Below are positions 1 through 12,452 of a DNA stretch of 64,000 nucleotides, one piece after another. The notes beneath the pieces are model-generated. The model was not told the DNA's origin. It made no database searches and saw only the letters and a program-made list of their open reading frames with translations. Every line of letters begins with the position of its first letter. Position 1 is the first letter of the stretch. Both the position numbers and the translations under genes were made by a program. The stretch comes from Rhynchopus sp. YZ270_cl-10 (Eukaryota), in contig OZ037838.1 of NCBI GenBank assembly GCA_964035575.1, positions 248,001 to 312,000 of the forward strand. Reading direction: 5' to 3'.

Positions 1-2715
1 TGCGTAGACCCCTGGGGGCAGGATTATGGAGCGCACCTTCTCGATCTCGACCTTGCGCTCCCACAGGAGCAGTGCAGTGCGGCGGTATTCGGCAGGGTCG
101 AGGATGCCGTTGTCGTTGAAGTCGAGCTCCTTCGCGAAGAAGCGCCAAGGGCTCAGCTCGGCTTCGGCGTGCGTGATCCAGTACATGTGCGAGAAGGAGT
201 ACTGCATGTCCACAGGGGAGCGGAAGCGGTGGCTCGACGTCGCCTCAAAGCGATCGGACCACTCGCTGTGCATCTCGCGGACGACCTGTTGGAGTGTGGG
301 GGGTGGGGTGTTGGGAGGGGGGTTAGAATAAAGTGTCCCTAATCGGACTTCTTCAGATTTGCAAATTTAGAGAAGAGGTTGGTACATGAATGCATCTCTT
401 GCCTTAAGATGCATCGGTGACAGCATTAGAAGGATATGAAAGAATAATGTGTAGAGCAGAGCAAGGACACACCTGTGAGTCGATGAAGTGCGGCATGTGG
501 GAAGGCACACGCCTGGCGCTGGTGCCGAACTTCTTTGTGTACAGCCGGTTGACCTGCTTCAGCGAGTCGCCAAAGGTGTCGAGCAGCTTCCGCCGTGTGT
601 CGTCGACCAGCTCTGCCCTGTCGTCCCCTTGCAGTGAACCGCCGAAGGGCTCAAGCCACTTGCGGCCCTCGGTTCTCCAGAGCGCGTCTGTGGCGTTCTC
701 TTCTTGGCGCCGCATGAGGAGCTTGCGTGAGGACGTCTGCTGTGCCTGGGGCTCCTCCTCCTCCTCCTCTGCATGCTTCTGCCCTTGCCCTATGATGCGT
801 ACCTGCGACAGAAGCAGGCCAGCATCAGCATCAGCATCTATGTCGACACTCAGCAGACGTCGGCCATGTACTGCAGAGGCCAGCGTGTCACTGCCCGTGG
901 TGTCCACCGGTGCAGCGTCCTCATCGATGGGTGCGTCGTTCTGCATGGGTGCCTCGTCGTTCTTGTTGACGTCGGCCTCATGTACAGCAACGTCGCTGCC
1001 GTCGTCTGCTGGCGCAGCGTCAGTGTCCATGGGCGCCTCATCCAGGACCTGTGTAGGTCTGTCTGCACTGAACGTAACGTTAAAGAGAACGCGAAGGGTT
1101 GCTGGCGTGTCGCCCGACGTCGACGCACTCTGCTCTGTCTCAGTGGGCACCTCCCCGACCAGCTCAAACTCCGATTGGAAGTACGGACGAACCGGCTCGT
1201 CCGCTTTGAGCATGACAAGCAGAAGCTTGTACAGCTGCGACACTGCCACAATGCGAAGCGACTCCGACACGCTGTTGAGGAACGTCCCCGAGGTGACGGT
1301 GCCTGTGCCCAGCGGGTAGCACTGACTGATGTTGACGACAAGGAGGAAGGCCTCGCGCGGCACCACGATGTTGTCGAGGTGCAGTGTTCTGTGCTGCGGT
1401 GTGGTGGCTGTCGCCCACTCGTCGCACTCAAGCGTCGAGAAGACGTAGTCCCTAGGCAAGGTGTCGTCGCTGCCGCTGCCGCTGCTGTCTGTGCGTGGTG
1501 TGTTCTGCTCTGCCAGCACGTCCTCGATGCCGCAGTCCAGCGCATCGTACCCACACTCCCGGTTGTTGCAGTTCCTGTCGCAGAACCTGTCCCCCAGCCA
1601 TGAGTCCGGGCACCCACTGTGGCAGTGCTGTGCGACCCACCTGTTCTGGTTGTGCGCCGCTGCCGGTGCTGGGACAGAAGAACCTCCAGCAGCACCGTCC
1701 TTGCTCTTGCAGTCATCCGCATCCCAGTCGCACGCAGCATTGTTGCACGTCTTGTCGCAGTACCCATCCCCGACCCAATTCGAGGGACACCCCTCAGCAC
1801 AGTTCGGCACAGGCCACGAAAGGTAAATACGGTGCCCCGACACCTGCAATGAAATTAAAGATTCCCCAACCTTCCAAAAACTCGAACCCCTAATCCACCC
1901 CACCTTTAGAAAAGCAAAACCCACTTCACCCCACACCTTTTCCCTACTTCAACCCATCACCCTCCCCACACCCCACATACCTGCGAGACAAAGTCCTCTG
2001 GATGGACGGGTCGCCCGAAGAAGGTGTCGTCATTCAGATAGATGAATCGCCGTGAGAGGCCTTCAATTCTGTGTAGATGGCACTCAATCGAGGGTGACGC
2101 GAACACGGGGAGGTGCGACGCATTGGTGTAGATGTCGTGGTGCGGCACGACCTTGATGCGTGGGTGCGCTATGTCTAACCAATGCGGCACCTGCCCGTTC
2201 GTCACGATGTAGATGTTCCGGATCCACCCTGCGTTCTTGATGAGCGAGCGGATCGAATACCTCAGCTCCTGGTTGTCCTGGAAGCGCGATGGATTGGTCT
2301 TATCCTCCACATCCTCACTGCCACCACCACTCCCACTCCCACTCCCACTACCCGACCCCGTCTCATTCGACCACGTAGCATTGAAGCTGTCGGTTTCGAA
2401 GGCCCGCATCTCAGCCTCAGCTTCGCGGGCTCTGTAATATCGCATGTTGCGTTGCATCCAAGGGTCGCTTCCGTTGACCCAAGTGTACACAGCATCGATA
2501 GGCTCGTGACAGAGGAAGTCTTCGTAAGAACGTTCTGCAATGTTGCGTGCAAAGTGTCGTCTCGCATTCCCATGTGTGTCAACAATGGTGATTCCAAAAA
2601 GGTTTTCGATGGAAAACAAAATTTGGTGTGTTATACCAACAACAGCAATCGCGGCAAGCACCACCGCGACCCGACCACAGCGTCCAGCAAGGACAGACAC
2701 GATTCTGCGGAACAT
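1..2715 (-). CDS. GNPTAB: GlcNAc-1-phosphotransferase alpha/beta precursor-like (Stealth family), 3' partial; exons 2715-1981, 1843-473, 285-<1
   Basis: Stealth CR1 ([13 protein letters not shown]), CR2 ([14 protein letters not shown]...[24 protein letters not shown]), two LNR/Notch repeats, CR3 ([12 protein letters not shown]...[16 protein letters not shown]) and an EF-hand-like [13 protein letters not shown] introns 1980-1844 and 472-286 join the frames in phase 0. Confidence 0.92.
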
Positions 2716-2832
2716 CGTAAAGATAGGAGAGAGAAAAGCGAGGAAGAAAAAGACAAAAACGCGGTGATCTAAATCCAATTCAGGAATGGAAAAACAACAA
2801 CTTTTGTGAACCTAAGCCTTTTGCTTAGTCAC

Positions 2833-2890
2833 CTAACGAGAGAGGTAAAAAAAGGGAGAAAGGGGAGAGGGAGAAGGGGAGGGGGGGGAG
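2833..2890 (-). promoter_or_regulatory. Putative spliced-leader trans-splice acceptor (polypyrimidine tract + AG) for the GNPTAB-like gene
   Basis: The minus strand reads a long C/T tract ending ...ctctctcgttAG about 118 nt upstream of the ATG at 2715. The role is inferred. Confidence 0.4.
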
Positions 2891-3340
2891 ACGATACAAA
2901 AAAAAAATCCCTCGAACCGAGTTATAACCCCTCGCTCATTTAATGGGTTGGGGATGGTGGAGGAGGAGGGGGGTTCTCTGTGTGGTGTAGGTGTGGGGGT
3001 GGGTGAGGAACCAAATAGGGGGGTTTTGGGGGGGAGGGGTCAACGGAGGAGGTGAAAGTTTGACGAACAAAAAAAAATTACGACGAAAGCGCGAAAATCG
3101 AAAAGCAAAGTACGAGCTTTAACTGCAACGATGAGAAATGGATCTGCACCTGCCCTACCTACCCTCTCAGCTCCGAGGAGGAAGTCAAAAAGGAAAAACA
3201 GTGCTTCGCCGGCCCAAAACTGATCCCGATGAGTGGCTACACGTGGTAGTGTTGTGGGCTTATGCTGAAAAAGTCGTGCTTCGTCTGCGAAGACTTGAAG
3301 TTGGACCCTGACCCTTGGGAACGTGCGACAAATATGATAT

Positions 3341-4351
3341 GGGCTCGTCCGGAAACCCCCCAGCCCAAAATCATCTATTTTGGGGTTTTTGGGGTTTTAC
3401 CAGAAATTAGCGCCGATAGGTGCCCAGAACCACCCCAGAAACCATATTCTGGCGGGTTTTGGGGCTTTTGGGCAAAAATACACTTTTTTTGACTCATTTT
3501 TGGGTATTTTAGGGTGGTTTTAGGCTAGTTTTGGCCACAGTGGCTTGTATGGGGTAATTTTACTGTTTCGACCCCATTTTTGGAGGAACGTTCCACACAC
3601 ACCCGAACGATGTTGGGGGTCACATCGACACATATGAACACGATATGAGCAAGGTTGAACCAAGGAGTCATGTACAGAAGGGTGGGACCCACGTGGATTC
3701 GGGATCCAGGTGGAGCCCAACTTGACAATATCAGTGACCAAATACAGCAAGGGTACACGGATCTAAGGACAGACCTCAGGTTTCGGGCTCCACGTGGATC
3801 CCGAAAAGCTGTAAGGACTCAACATTTGCACTCAGGAACCTCACTGGAGGGTAGTAGGGTGGTTTGGGGTGGTTTTGAGACACAGGTACGGGCTGTCTGC
3901 TGTTTTTTCCATGAAAGTGCCGTATCACCACACAAAACACTAGGTACAATGGTGGCCAGTAAAACAGGGGTTAGCATGCAAAGCTCCACATCCCTCCAGC
4001 ACACCCCACCCTTCTGTACATGACTCCTTAATTCAACCTTGCTCATATCGTGTTCATATGTGTCGATGTGACCCCGAACATCGTTCGGGTGTGTGTGGAA
4101 CGTTCCTCCAAAAATGGGGTCGAAACAGTAAAATTACCCCATACAAGCCACTGTGGCCAAAAATAGCCTAAAACCACCCTAAAATACCCAAAAATGAGTC
4201 AAAAAAAGTGTATTTTTGCCCAAAAGCCCCCAAAACCCGCCAGAATATGGTTTCTGGGGTGGTTCTGGGCACCTATCGGCGCTAATTTCTGGTAAAACCC
4301 CAAAAACCCCAAAATAGATGATTTTGGGCTGGGGGGTTTCCGGACGAGTTC
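3341..4351. mobile_element. Foldback/MITE-like element with ~345-bp near-perfect inverted arms
   Basis: 3341-3686 is the reverse complement of ~4005-4351. Flanked by ATAT at 3337-3340 and 4352-4355. Confidence 0.8.
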
Positions 4352-4355
4352 ATAT

Positions 4356-6791
4356 CAGTGGCTGTCACGAAATGTGGTAATTCATGTGGCCCGCCTTTAA
4401 CTAATTAAAATTTTGGACTTTTTGCTCGATTTTTTTTTCATTTTATTGCGCGGACCTCGGAAATGCAGTTAAGCGCATTTTCGACTTCCGGAAAAATGCC
4501 AATATTTCCTGGGATAAGGGGATGAAGACCGAAAAAGTGACCTGGAGAAGACGTGTCCAGGACAATAGCTTTTCCTCCAAAAAACGCCGAAAAATATTTT
4601 GTTGGATTCAGCGGACCGAAAACGTGCAATTCCGTACCCCCTTTTTTTGTTTTGACACCCCAGGACTCCACCCCCAAACCTCCCCAAGCACCCCCAAACC
4701 CACTTTTCAGTCACATTTTGGTAGGGAATTTCACTTAAATTTCGCCTAAAATGACCCAAAAGGACCCGTGTGCCATGATGTCTGCCCGTTTCTTGTGCAC
4801 AAAATTGTCAATCTCCCCACCTACGTGGCAAAGAGTCTGTTCGTGTCACATAGCAACACTGAACCAAAGACCTGGCCTATGCCTAAACTTCCTCACTGCC
4901 AAAGGGGTTTTTGTGCCTCCTAATATGGCAAACGGGTAACGGTTACACAGGCTTGTTCAGGGCAAATCCTTAAGAAATCGTGCTGTTTAACCGAACCTGG
5001 TACAGATCGTTCACAGAGGTTCAACTAGGATTTTTTCATCATTTCTTTATTTATTTTCAAAGATTGTGAAAAGATCTTTCAAAAGGCACCATTTTCGAGT
5101 TGAAATACCAATTACTCCCGGGTAGAGTGTGACCGCAAAGCCAAAACAATTGACCGGTCCTTAAGGGGTGTGTAAACATACAGGGAAACAGTGAAATACT
5201 GTGTGGCCCGCCTTTAACCCTTTAAGGACCAGAGGGGACATATATGTCCACGCAACCACCTAAATTGGCTTCCACTAGGACTTTTTGAAGATTTTTTTTT
5301 TAAATGAGAAGATTTTGTGCGAAATCTTTCAAAAGACGCAAGATTCGATTTTTTTTGACGCTCTCATCCCCTCTCATCCACACCCGGCATTATCACATAA
5401 TAGGGTATTTTGGGTCATTTTTGGGGAATAATGTACCATTCTGACGCGCTTGAGTCATCAGAGGATTCAAACTTTGGTGTGCAGGGAACCATTTTGTACG
5501 GTCTTCAGAAGCGAAACTAAAATAATGGAAAATACCCGCGACTGGGCAAAGTAACACGCGTAGTTGCAGTTCCTGACCCTGAACTGGATGTGCCTCTTCT
5601 CCGTGTATTTATTGCATTTTGTCTTTTGAGGAACATTGTACAGAATGGTTATTTCCCTCCCTCCCGCCAAAGCCCGAGGGACCCTTGAGGGAGGTCAGGG
5701 CTCCCCGAGGGCCGAAGGCCCGAGGGAAGCCCTGACCTCCCGAAAGGAGTCCCGAGGGCCAAGGGAGGGTGGGATGTAACTTTGTGCCCCGATCCGTGGC
5801 TTTTTGTGCCCGACTGTCGTTTTTCATTTTTTGCCTGTAAAAACCCTGTATAAGGGGTGCAGCATGGGGGCACATGGTGCCCCACACATGGCTCTTGCAC
5901 GCCAAATTGCCCTCAAATTGCCCGGAATGCCACGCATGGGGCAATCTAGACCGTTTTTGGACCGATTTTCGCGACCAAAAAAATTTTTTTCGGAGGGTCC
6001 CTTCGAAATTTCGGCGGGAGGGTACGGAAAGCCACAGGGAGGGGTACAAAATCTATATCAACACGGTCAAGGTACAGAGACACTGGCAGGAGGGTGTTGG
6101 TCGACAACTTCTTCTTGCTTGGGAAACAGGCGTCTGAAAACAGATTACATGTGCGTGGGATGCGGCGTTCACCTTTGTTCAGCACCATGCCAAGTTGGCC
6201 AAAAGTCCCAAAAGCCCCAACTTTTGTACTGTCCAACCTCTGTACAATTACGGTATATGTAGTTGGTTGGTACCTTCTCTCCATGCAGTGAGACATTATC
6301 TACTAGGACTTTTTGTTCGATTTTTTTTTCTTTTGAAAGATTTTGAACCGATCTTTCAAATAAAGCCATTTTCGAAAACCGAAAAAACAGGTGCGCAGCC
6401 GGAATAATTTTTTTCCTCAAAATTTTCAGAAAAAAATATCAGCTCTCCTCAATTTTCCATTTTCCATTTTTCTCATTTTATTTCGATTTCTGCTCCATTT
6501 GAAAGATCTGCTCAAAATCTTTCAATTGCGGCCAGGTACGATCAAAAATATGCATCAGATCACATTTTACCTACGGGAGAGAAGATCCTAGCAAATCGAA
6601 AAAATCGTAGTAACGTGGGTGTTATGATAATTACCCCCAAATAAATTTCTGAAAAAAAAAAATCGAGAATCGTTTCGTTGCAATCAGCGCATTCCGCGCA
6701 ATGCAAATAAAAAAAAAATCGGTGAAAAAGTCAAAAATTTAGTCATTTTACTCAAAAATGTTGAAATTACCACATTTCGTGACAGCCACTG
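4356..6791. mobile_element. Non-autonomous TIR element (CAGTGGCTGTCACGAAATGTGGTAATT termini) with piggyBac-like internal debris
   Basis: 27-bp perfect TIRs plus degenerate subterminal inverted sequence. ATAT flanks both ends (4352-4355, 6792-6795). Confidence 0.75.
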
Positions 6792-7147
6792 ATATACAGT
6801 CTCCGCTCCACACAATTGGGGCATTACCGTATCAGGACGTAGTGAAGTGCCTAGAAAGCACCTCCTCGCACCGTGGGGAAGAAGCGTGCCTGCATCGCCT
6901 CGGACAGCTCTGAAACACCTAGAGCAGAAGAAGAACAAGGATGCCCCAAGGAAATAACCACCATGACCGCACCAAACCACGCGCCCCGAACCTTCCCAGA
7001 CAAATAAGAACGGGGAATAAGTCTTCCTGCAACAGGGCAAAATGGGTTTTTTTGGGGGTGTTTTGAAAGTCTTGCGTTTTTTGTTGGGACCCTGGATTAC
7101 GTTATATTCATCACCACCCTCCCTCCCCTCCCCTCCCTGGTCACACA

Positions 7148-8257
7148 TCACTCACTGTGTGGGTACAGATGTCTTGTCGCAATGTAGGTATCTTCTTCCG
7201 ATACCAGAACAACACGTGAACACGGTGATATCGCAAATGCCTCGCATTGCGGTATCTCACGCACACAGGACATGGTCGCCACATCATACTGGCGCAGGGG
7301 TATATTGTTATATTCATCTCTGTCTTCATCATAATCCTCTACCCTCACCACAAGGTACTTCCCACATGGTGTGAACTGCATGTCGACAGCCCCATCCACA
7401 TCAACACTGCGAAGAGCCGCACCACTCCAATCATAGAGGTGTACGCTCTTTTTAACCTGCACTGCAAAGACAGAAGCAGACCGTGAAAGCGCTACTACAC
7501 CGCACCACCCCCCCTCCAACGGTACACATGCAACAGCTTCACCTGTGTTCACATCCCACAGACGTGCGTTCCTCTCCCTGTTGGAGGAGGTGATCACCCA
7601 CCCACCACAGTCAGACACTGCCACCACACACCTTTCATGCGAGAGAGTGCGGAGCAACGTCAGGTCTTCGTCATACACAGAGACGCCGTCTGTGCCCTTC
7701 GAGACAACGACACTGCCGCACGCGAACACTGACTTCGAGGAGCCGTCGACTTTGCGGACCACCTCCCCACCCGGAAGTGCAACCTTGAGAAGGCAGTCCC
7801 AACACGCCAGGTAGCAGCGTGTCTTGCACTGCGAGATGGCAGGCGGACCGTGCACTTCATTGTCCACTTCAAACGAGAAGGCAGTGTTGAAGGTTTCTGT
7901 GTCGAAGCCGCCAACGTTCTCATCACAAAAATAGATGCAGAGCGTTCCACAACGCGACAGCGAGAACATTATCAAGCCCGCATCTTCACCCTCATATGTT
8001 GCAGTGTACTGAGCAGGACACTTGATGTCGGCAAAGCGGCGGGCAAGCACAACCTTCACCCCTGCATCAAACGCAGTGTCCTGCAGACGGCACGTCCCCT
8101 CCAGCACCTGCGTGCCGATGCGCATCTCGACAGACGCAGGCGAGACAGCAAGCGCCGTGCACGCAACCTCCTTTGCCGCTGCAACGTCCGCCTCGCACGG
8201 CACCTCCACTGTCGCAGTCACGCCGGACTCTTCCAGCACAAAGGTCACATCCATCAT
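7148..8257 (-). CDS. Ubiquitin-like domain + WD40/YVTN-like beta-propeller protein, copy 1
   Basis: N-terminal ~72 aa follow a ubiquitin-fold pattern with no di-Gly. Seven blade repeats follow (SLSRCG, AISQCK, AVSDCGG, RLWD, ALSRSAS, QFTPCGKYL, AISPCSR). Confidence 0.85.
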   Translation of the reverse strand: MMDVTFVLEESGVTATVEVPCEADVAAAKEVACTALAVSPASVEMRIGTQVLEGTCRLQDTAFDAGVKVVLARRFADIKCPAQYTATYEGEDAGLIMFSLSRCGTLCIYFCDENVGGFDTETFNTAFSFEVDNEVHGPPAISQCKTRCYLACWDCLLKVALPGGEVVRKVDGSSKSVFACGSVVVSKGTDGVSVYDEDLTLLRTLSHERCVVAVSDCGGWVITSSNRERNARLWDVNTGEAVACVPLEGGWCGVVALSRSASVFAVQVKKSVHLYDWSGAALRSVDVDGAVDMQFTPCGKYLVVRVEDYDEDRDEYNNIPLRQYDVATMSCVREIPQCEAFAISPCSRVVLVSEEDTYIATRHLYPHSE

Positions 8258-8521
8258 TGTTTCACAAGCTCTGTTGGTGTGGTGCAATTTAATGTTCTGT
8301 TGGGTGGACAGTTGAAGGAGCTGAGAGGGTGGACAAGAGGGGATGAGGGATGGGGGTCGTTGTTTTGGGCGGAGAACAATACATGCGAGACGAAAGTGTC
8401 TCCCGTGTCATACACATCGTTACTGATAAAACACCCATTTCAAAGAACAACCTAACCTCTCGTGCTTAGCCCTCTGTGAACTGCCTGCGAGGAGCTGCGC
8501 AAACGCCGCATCTCGCAATCA

Positions 8522-9625
8522 TCAGTAGGGGTACAGATGTCTCGTCACAATTGTAACCAAACCCGACTTCACAGCCACCGCACGTGAACACGGCGAGATC
8601 ACAAATGAAGAGGCACCAGCGACGTCGGAGAACACACGCACACAGGACATGGTCGCCACGTCATACTGGTGCAGTGAATGTTGTCGATGATCCCCCGCCA
8701 ACTGTACTACGAGATACTTCCCACACGGAGTGAATTTTATGCAAATAAAGGAAAGATTCTCCTGTTCAAAGCTGCCAAGAGCCGCACCACTCCAGTCATA
8801 GAGCTGCACTTTGTCAGAGTGCACGACAGCAAAGACGGAGGCACGCCGTGAAAGCGCCACATTCCTCCCAGTCGCAGGCACACATGCCACAGCTTCACCT
8901 GTGTTCACATCCCACAGACGTGCGTTCTTCTCAGTCCTCGAGGAGGTGATCATCCACCCACCACAGTCCGACACCACGAACCCACTGCACCCTTCGTGCG
9001 AGAGAGAGCGGAGCAACGTCAGGTTTTCGTCATACACACCACAGCTTCTTTGTCCACGGGAGACAACAACACCACCACACGCGAACACTGAGTACGAGGT
9101 GCCGTCGACTTTGCGGAGCACCTCCCCACCCGGAAGCGCAACCTTGGCAAGACAACGCATACTCGCCATGTAACAGCGTGTCTTGCACCGTGAGATTGCA
9201 AGCGCACCGCAGGCCCCAATGTCTACTTTGAACTCGAAGGCAGGGCTGAAGGTTTCTGTATCGAGGCCGGTCACATAGCCTGGATCCTGTGTAAAGAGAC
9301 AGAGTGCTCCACAAGGAGAGAGCGAAAAACGATTTATATCCATCCGTTGCCCACCAGTTGGCGCCTCTACACTGTACTCAGCAGGACACTTGATGTTGGC
9401 AAAGCGAGGACAGGCAAGCACAACCTGCACCCCTGCACCAAACGCAGTGTCCTGCAGACGGCACGTCTCCTCCAGCACCTGCGTGCCGATGCGCATCTCG
9501 ACAGACGCAGGCGAGACAGCAAGCGCCGTGCACGCAACCTCCTTTGCCGCTGCAACGTTCGCCTCGCACGGCACCTCCACTGTCGCAGTCACGCCTGACT
9601 CTTCCAGCACAAAGGTCACATCCAT
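8522..9625 (-). CDS. Ubl + beta-propeller protein, copy 2
   Basis: Same architecture; starts at the shared MDVTFVLEES. Confidence 0.85.
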   Translation of the reverse strand: MDVTFVLEESGVTATVEVPCEANVAAAKEVACTALAVSPASVEMRIGTQVLEETCRLQDTAFGAGVQVVLACPRFANIKCPAEYSVEAPTGGQRMDINRFSLSPCGALCLFTQDPGYVTGLDTETFSPAFEFKVDIGACGALAISRCKTRCYMASMRCLAKVALPGGEVLRKVDGTSYSVFACGGVVVSRGQRSCGVYDENLTLLRSLSHEGCSGFVVSDCGGWMITSSRTEKNARLWDVNTGEAVACVPATGRNVALSRRASVFAVVHSDKVQLYDWSGAALGSFEQENLSFICIKFTPCGKYLVVQLAGDHRQHSLHQYDVATMSCVRVFSDVAGASSFVISPCSRAVAVKSGLVTIVTRHLYPY

Positions 9626-11277
9626 TTTTTTATTTATCCGTATTCCTCTGTGTTTAATGTACTGTGATGTGGCATCTTGGGTAGAAGACACTCTTGACCT
9701 ACCTCGAGGAGGTGGACACGTGGAAAGAGGGGACGAGGGATGGGGGTCGTTTTGTTTGTTGCAGTGTCGACACTCACTATGTCAGAGAGATTGGTGGCAA
9801 AATTGACTGTCAGTTGAACTCATCCAACCGCCTGGTTGGTTTTTATTGTTTTTTGATTTTCTTTGGGTACGTGCACAGTGAACAACCTACACAAAAATAC
9901 GAGCACGTTTAGATACAAAAAGCACACCCGCCTAGCGGGAGGCATATAAAACACTTAACTAAGGTCCACCCTTTAACATTGCGGACTCCAAATCTTCAAA
10001 AACCCGTTGTTTCCCGTTTTTTTCCCTTGCTAAAAACCCCTGAAAGCGGTCGTATTTCTGACCGCATTTGTTACGTGTTTCCAAATAAAATCCATTAAGG
10101 CGACGAGGCCTGTGGGTCGTTATTTTGTTAGAAAGCAACATCCCCCACCTCGAAGAAACAATAGTGAAAGCGTTGTGAACAAACTGGCCTCCTTCAGCTG
10201 TGAAAAGGTTAGAGTTAAAGTACACAGCAACACATCAGGGTCAGACGACTGTCTTGTCTCCTCCTTCACGGGAGTAGCCCTGTGTGCCAGGTAAGCCTGT
10301 CCGACCTTACCTTCACTATCCAATACAAAAGACAAATAATAATTGCACACACGACAGCACGAATGAGCTACCATGAGCTAATAGCGTCGTTCGTCATAGT
10401 CGCAAAGCAAAGGTGGACACGTGGAAAGAGGGGACGAGGGCTGGGGGTCGTTTTGTTTGTTGCAGTGTCGACACTCACTATGTCAGAGAGATTGGTTCTG
10501 CGCACAATTTTGGGGCTTTTTTGTGTCAGAAAAAAAAAACAGAGAAATGTGCACCTACGACAGAACGAGGGCGGTACACAACCGTCCGTCAGCCGGCGGC
10601 CCACCTTCTCCTCACTCAACCAACCGCCTGGTTGGTTTTTAGTTACCATTCCCAAACAAAAGAGACAATCCCAAAAACACCTTGTCTTATTGTTAGTCTT
10701 CACCCAAGAGTCTGAGATGGAAGGGATGGGTAGCAGCAACGTGCTGCAATAAAAGTCTGTCTTTCAAAACACAAAAACAAAATGAAGTTCACGTGCACAC
10801 GCATTGAATAGATTTGCTTATTTGTAGATTTGATTTTCTTTGTGAACAACCTACACAAAAACACGAGCACGTTTAGATACAAAAAGCACGCCTAGGGGGA
10901 GGCATATAAAACATTTAACTAAGGTCCACCCTTTAACATTGCGGACTCCAAATCTTCAAAAACCCGTTGTTTCCCGTTTTTTTTTCCCTTGCTAAAAACC
11001 CCTTGAAAGCGGTCGTATTTCTGACTGTATCTCTCGAAATTGTTCAAGATTGAACTGAGAGAAGAAGAAACCCCAAACCCTCCCAGACCAAACGGTCTAA
11101 CCTGTTGTATTGACATAGTGTGGAGGAGAATGAGGAGCACAAGAATCGTCTTCGCGTATGCTAAAAGATTTCCTACGATATGTCACAAGTGTCATGTCAC
11201 CGAAAAAAAGATCTTTTTTTTTTTGGCCCAAAAAAAAAAAAAAAAAAAAACTGCCTAAAACAGGGTTCTAGCTCAGA

Positions 11278-12452
11278 CAGAGTGTTTTCCACGGTGGTTT
11301 TGGGTGGCATGACATGCCACCCAAGATTTTTGGGGTGGTTTTTGGGTGGCATATATGCCACCCAAGATTTTCTTCTTTTTTTTTTTGAGTATTGTATGAC
11401 CTGTGACCCCACCATGGAGAGCACGTGGCTCGCTGAGTTGCTCGAATTGCCTGCAGCTATCCAACAAACATCATCACCGTCTCAGCTTCCTTCACGAGCC
11501 GTTCAGCCTCCGCCACCTTCACAAGCCAAAGTAAATAGGGCAAAAGTAGCGTACCGTGCGCCTGCGGCGCTCTTGCTGTCTGACAGACAAAATCACATTG
11601 CCAAAATTGTGAATAGTGCAATTTTTTCCGCCCTCCCTCCCCTCTCCTTCCTGTGATTGGCAGGGAGTCGCGCGCGCGACGACTGCTAGGGCTCGAAGAA
11701 AGCTCGGGGGGGGCCAAATTTTGAGACCAAAAACCAAGCGGAAGCCCTGTTCGGGTAAATCATGTACAGTGTTTAGGAGGGGGCCTTCCGCGCGGGAGAA
11801 TTTTTTTTTGGCCTAACAGTGTTTTTTCTAGGATTTGGGTTTTTCATTTCGAGGGGGGCGGTAAAAAAAAAATTTTTCCCCCAGAAAAAGTGGTTTTTCA
11901 GGGATTTTTGGGTGTATTCCGAGCTTTCTCGACGAGGCCTCAGTCTCATCAGAATATCATGGTGTGTGTGTAGCGTACTTTATCAAGACATAGGAGGAGG
12001 ATCGTTGCTCAGATCGTTGCTCTCCTGTGGGCGACGCTGACGTGGTGTCGCTCTGCTTTCTCGTCCAGCTTCTGCACGTTGTCCATTGGGCTTGATACCC
12101 ACTCTCCAGTGTTGTAGTGTCGGCGGCAGAGGGTACAATAGTACCCGTCTGCGTTGGCTTCTAGCCAACAGTACTTGCTGACTGCCAAAAAACGCCTGTC
12201 CTGGGCGTAGACGGACGGCGCAGTGGTCGGAGTGAGCGACATGGTGTTTGAAAATGTCCCACTGATCTTTAAACCCACAGTAATCCAAAAAATAAAATCC
12301 AAAATACCGCCCCCCTCGAGGGGGGCGGTATTTCCCCAAAAAAATCCCAGGGGTGTAAAGTGCCCCCCTCCAACCCCCTTAGAAAAAACACTGCCTAAAA
12401 AAAAAAATATGCCACCCAAAAAAAAAAATGTCAGATCCTGGAAAACACCCTG
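11278..12452. mobile_element. Nested TIR element (middle layer)
   Basis: TIR CAG(A/G)GTGTTTTCCA, flanks ctcaga/gtcaga, and subterminal TGCCACCCAA motifs at both ends. Confidence 0.6.
11817..12393 (-). mobile_element. Nested hAT deletion derivative with a TTF-type zinc-finger remnant (inner layer)
   Basis: TIR CAGTGTTTTTTCTA with CCTAA direct repeat. ORF 12242-12009 encodes WLE..YYCTLC..W..ERHHVSVAH, resembling the ZnF_TTF N-terminus of hAT transposases. Confidence 0.65.
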
